DNA from: a virus
Taxonomy: Duplodnaviria > Caudoviricetes
IMG/VR virus record: IMGVR_UViG_3300021442_000250
Location: 24,031-88,030 of that record
Direction: 5' to 3' (one strand)
DNA length: 64,000 bases
Part shown: in pieces, positions 60,829-64,000 of the stretch
Layout of the letters: every line of letters starts with the position of its first letter
How positions within the stretch are numbered: position 1 is the first letter of the stretch
Made by a program: the position numbers and the translations under genes
Notes under the pieces: model-generated
What the model was told of the DNA's origin: nothing
What the model saw: only the letters and a program-made list of their open reading frames with translations
Databases searched by the model: none

Positions 60829-61664
60829 AAAATTACAAAGTAGTAACTACCTTTAATAAAAAAGGAATGGATTTGTATGGACAAAGATTTATAGATTCTT
60901 TTAATAAAAATGTAGATAAAAGTATACGACTAGATATATTTGCAGAAAATTGTAATCCACAAGGAGATGAAAGAACTACAATTCATAATAGTGAAGTTAT
61001 TACTAAACTAACAGCTTTTAAAAATAAATGGAAAGACGTTCCTAAAGCAAATGGTATATGTCCATTTCCTGAAAAGCGTCCACGTGACCATCATAAAAAA
61101 TTTAAATGGGACGCAATAAGATTTGCAAATAAAGTTTATTCTGTATTATATGGTGCAGAAGACGAAAGTGTAGATTGGTTAATATGGATAGATGCTGATG
61201 TTGTTGTACATAGTCCTTGGCCCGTCCATGACTTTACAAAATTATTTCCTGATACAAGATGGTTAACATTTGTTGGTAGAGGAAGAGGTTCACAAACATG
61301 GCCCGAGTGCGGATTTTATGGAATGAATTTAAAACATCCTTCCTGCAAAAAATTTTTAAAAGATTTTGAACGTGTATATGAAGATGCCGAAAATGGTATA
61401 TTTTTATTATCCGAATGGCATGACTCATATGTATTTGGACAGCTATTAAAAAGTGCAAGACTACAAGATGCAGATGTACTAGATTATAGCGAAAACATAT
61501 ACAATAAGACTGCAAAGACGGGCGGAGGCGGGCATCCTTTCATCAATTGCGTACTAGGTACCTGGCTTGATCATTTAAAAGGAGATTCTCGAAAACAAAA
61601 AGGAACTAGCTTAAAAACAGATTTAATGATAGGTCGTAACGAAGAGTATTGGAAAAATATATGA
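60825..61664 (+). CDS. GT-A glycosyltransferase-like protein
   Basis: WDAIRFANKV, IWIDAD, ECGF, EWHDSYVF, DHLKG. Confidence 0.65.
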   Translation: MKNYKVVTTFNKKGMDLYGQRFIDSFNKNVDKSIRLDIFAENCNPQGDERTTIHNSEVITKLTAFKNKWKDVPKANGICPFPEKRPRDHHKKFKWDAIRFANKVYSVLYGAEDESVDWLIWIDADVVVHSPWPVHDFTKLFPDTRWLTFVGRGRGSQTWPECGFYGMNLKHPSCKKFLKDFERVYEDAENGIFLLSEWHDSYVFGQLLKSARLQDADVLDYSENIYNKTAKTGGGGHPFINCVLGTWLDHLKGDSRKQKGTSLKTDLMIGRNEEYWKNI

Positions 61665-62509
61665 AGTTTAGTGTGTTTACAAATTTTGGTTCTTTAAATA
61701 GTGTTCCAGTTTTTAATGCAGTTAAACAAGGTTTATTAAAATTAGGACATGAAATAGTTGAAAACTCTTTAGATGCAGATGTGGCTGTTATATGGTCATT
61801 ACTGTGGCACGGAAGGATGTTGCCTAATAAAAGAATATGGTGGGAATACCATCAACAAAATAAAAAAGTATTAGTAATAGAAGTAGGAAGTATTAAAAGA
61901 AATATTACTTGGAAAGTTGGTGTTGATGGAATAAATCGAAGAGCTGACTTTGGTCCAATGGGTGCAGAATATAATGGTCCTGACAGAGCAAATAAATTTA
62001 ATTTAAAATGTAGTCCTTGGAGGACTGATGGTGAACATATATTAATATGTTCTCAACATGATAAAAGTGAACAATGGAAAGATATGCCACCATTAAATGA
62101 ATATTTGCATGAAACTATTGATAAAATTAGAAAATATTCAAAAAGAAAAATAATAATAAGAACTCATCCTAGATGTCCTGTTCGATTAAATCTAACACAC
62201 GAAAGTCAAGTAGGAATGCAAATTCCTAAACAAGTAGAAAACAGTTATGATGACTTTGACTTTGATTTAACAAATTGCTGGGCGGTAGTTAGTGAAAGTA
62301 GTAACCCAGGTATTACAGCAGTTCTTAAAGGAATACCAGCATTTGTAGGTAAAGACAGTCTTGCATATGACGTAGGAAATACTGATTTCTCCCACATAGA
62401 AGACCCAAAAATGCCCGACAGGCAACAATGGCTCCAAGATTATGCATATACGGAGTGGACTACAGAAGAAATAGCAGAAGGATTACCATTTTCTAGATTG
62501 ACTTTTTGA
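61661..62509 (+). CDS. KpsS/KpsC-like GT-B protein
   Basis: VIEVG, PWR, ILICSQ, IRTHP, VVSESSNPG..A...GIP, AYTEWT.EEI..G; ATG 61661 overlaps upstream TGA. Confidence 0.55.
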   Translation: MKFSVFTNFGSLNSVPVFNAVKQGLLKLGHEIVENSLDADVAVIWSLLWHGRMLPNKRIWWEYHQQNKKVLVIEVGSIKRNITWKVGVDGINRRADFGPMGAEYNGPDRANKFNLKCSPWRTDGEHILICSQHDKSEQWKDMPPLNEYLHETIDKIRKYSKRKIIIRTHPRCPVRLNLTHESQVGMQIPKQVENSYDDFDFDLTNCWAVVSESSNPGITAVLKGIPAFVGKDSLAYDVGNTDFSHIEDPKMPDRQQWLQDYAYTEWTTEEIAEGLPFSRLTF

Positions 62510-62526
62510 TAATACCAAAGTATAAT
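62498..62526 (+). promoter_or_regulatory. Near-consensus sigma70 promoter
   Basis: TTGACT-17 bp-TATAAT, with ATG 62533 six nt after the -10 box. Confidence 0.85.
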
Positions 62527-62532
62527 AAAGGT

Positions 62533-63816
62533 ATGCAACAAATCTCAATCGAATCTTGTTTGGAAATGATGATAGGTTTGAGTGACAAACCAGTTAATCC
62601 GCCATTTATTGTATTAGATAAAGACAAAAAAATATTAACTGACATTGCCAAAAAAGTTTATAGAGGTACTGCTTTAACTGATAGACAGTATGCAACTGTA
62701 AAAAGAATCTTAAAAACTAGTTATTCTACTCAATTTAAAAATAGAGACATTGATATTCATGCATCATCAACTATATTACGTAAAACATTAAGACAAATAG
62801 ACAGAAGTTCTTATATTAAAATTGGAAATTATAAAGAATTTGTTTACGATCCTTTTAGTTATTATGCATATGAACCAAATCATAGAGTCCTTGTAATAAG
62901 GTTTCCTTTTAATGTTACATATAGTAAACTTATGGGAGAAGTTAAAAAATGTTTTCCTTTTTATAGAACTCATAAACAAAAAGACAAAAACAAATATGTT
63001 CTTCCGTATAATGAACGTTTAGTTCATAAAGTAGTAGAGAAATTTAAAGGCAAAATAAAAGATATTGATCCAACATTATTGGAAGTTCATGAAAGATGTG
63101 AATACTTTTATGATAATAAACAAGAATTTCTACCAGGAATTTATGATTTCAAAATCAAAAATTGTTTACCAAAAATAGCTGAACACTATGTAAATAAGTT
63201 TGGGCAACCTAGTCCTAGTAACTTATTTTTATTTAAAGATAGAAGAGAATATTTAGGATTAAAATATTTTAGTGGACTACATTTAGAACAATCGTTAGCC
63301 GATCAAGATGAGTTTACTAAAAAACTTGTTCAACGTAAAGCATCTGTAGTTATTGTTGAAAAGAAAAAATGGGAATTAAAACAAGTAATAAAAACAATGT
63401 TTGATTTAAAAAGAATTCCTTTATTGGTAGTTTTACCAGTATTTCCAAAAAAAGATCCTGCTGAATCTTTAGAAGCATCACATAAAATTTTAAAAGACTA
63501 TGTGGACAATAAAGACATTTCGGTATTGTTTAGATTAGAAAACATGGAATCTGGTATCAAGTTTAACGAATATGTTCGAGAAAATGGACTTAATAATAGT
63601 CTTGCAAATAATACAAAAATAGTGTACATTAATAATAAGAAGATTCCAAAACCCTTATTAAGATTTAATTGGAAGCCTGAAGGCGTATTATGTCTTGATA
63701 CTACAAGGAATTACAGTAAAGTAAATTCTTTTGAAGAGGAGTTCGACTTGGTTGTTCAATATGCTACTGAAGAACATAGTCCTTGGAATCCATATTTTGT
63801 TATGGAAAATATATGA
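62533..63816 (+). CDS. Hypothetical protein upstream of uvsW
   Basis: Long ORF; start moved to ATG 62533 because the promoter overlaps the TTG start at 62506. Confidence 0.65.
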   Translation: MQQISIESCLEMMIGLSDKPVNPPFIVLDKDKKILTDIAKKVYRGTALTDRQYATVKRILKTSYSTQFKNRDIDIHASSTILRKTLRQIDRSSYIKIGNYKEFVYDPFSYYAYEPNHRVLVIRFPFNVTYSKLMGEVKKCFPFYRTHKQKDKNKYVLPYNERLVHKVVEKFKGKIKDIDPTLLEVHERCEYFYDNKQEFLPGIYDFKIKNCLPKIAEHYVNKFGQPSPSNLFLFKDRREYLGLKYFSGLHLEQSLADQDEFTKKLVQRKASVVIVEKKKWELKQVIKTMFDLKRIPLLVVLPVFPKKDPAESLEASHKILKDYVDNKDISVLFRLENMESGIKFNEYVRENGLNNSLANNTKIVYINNKKIPKPLLRFNWKPEGVLCLDTTRNYSKVNSFEEEFDLVVQYATEEHSPWNPYFVMENI

Positions 63817-64000
63817 GTTGTAAGATAGTAATTAATGATGAAGTCAATGTAAAAATTGAAGGGCTACCTGTTGATGTACGAAGAAAAATAGCAAATAGTT
63901 TAAAATGGGAAGTTCCATACGCAAGATACTTGCCTCAATATAAATTAGGAAGATGGGATGGTAAGATTGGTTTCTTTGGTTTAGGTGGTAGTGGTTTTGT
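63813..64000 (+). CDS. uvsW: UvsW-like SF2 DNA helicase, N-terminus (3'-truncated)
   Basis: MSCKIVINDEVNV...VPYARYLPQYKLGRWDGKI motif; ATGA overlap with upstream gene. Confidence 0.8.
   Translation, partial: MSCKIVINDEVNVKIEGLPVDVRRKIANSLKWEVPYARYLPQYKLGRWDGKIGFFGLGGSGF

Noticed and set aside
51255-62509. Host chromosomal LPS locus or prophage boundary
   Set aside because: Flanked by phage uvsY and uvsW, shares the late motifs and GCWGC avoidance, and no integrase, att site or housekeeping gene is seen
2002-62979. Short antisense or out-of-frame ORFs in the track (e.g. 3863-4078, 20587-21078, 43120-43464, 52351-52680)
   Set aside because: They lie within well-supported genes and look like shadow ORFs, with no motifs or ribosome-binding sites
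1-64000. CRISPR array, tRNA, rRNA, IS element, intron or intein
   Set aside because: No regularly spaced repeats, cloverleafs or transposases were seen; intergenic gaps are short; terminase and UvsX are of normal length

Overview
AT-rich 64 kb segment of a large T4-related (myovirus-type) bacteriophage, probably aquatic; the host cannot be read from this window. Layout: 1-28.9 kb holds giant modular virion/tail proteins, three tandem Cys-rich Gly-rich-domain paralogues and a GT9-like/carbamoyltransferase/GT9-like cassette. 28.9-35.1 kb (minus strand) holds gp14/gp15-like neck genes plus an ADP-heptose module (NUDIX, hldE, 2OG oxygenase, hldD, cupin). 35.1-51.2 kb holds core genes (gp13, dNMP kinase, sheath, tube, gp4, terminase, gp32, UvsX, UvsY). 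51.2-62.5 kb is a 16-gene glycosyl/methyltransferase island, and the window ends in the start of uvsW. Best leads: (1) repeated helical domains in virion proteins matching the phycobiliprotein bilin-attachment helix (K-C-x-R-D...GG); (2) a candidate virion heptosylation/carbamoylation system linked to ~30-Cys tail proteins; (3) a 61-nt in-frame segment shared by two unrelated glycosyltransferase genes 38 kb apart; (4) an in-frame TAA in the tail tube gene, which the ORF track missed; (5) strong GCWGC avoidance; (6) apparently leaderless transcripts. All product calls come from motif recognition and synteny by eye; no database searches were run.
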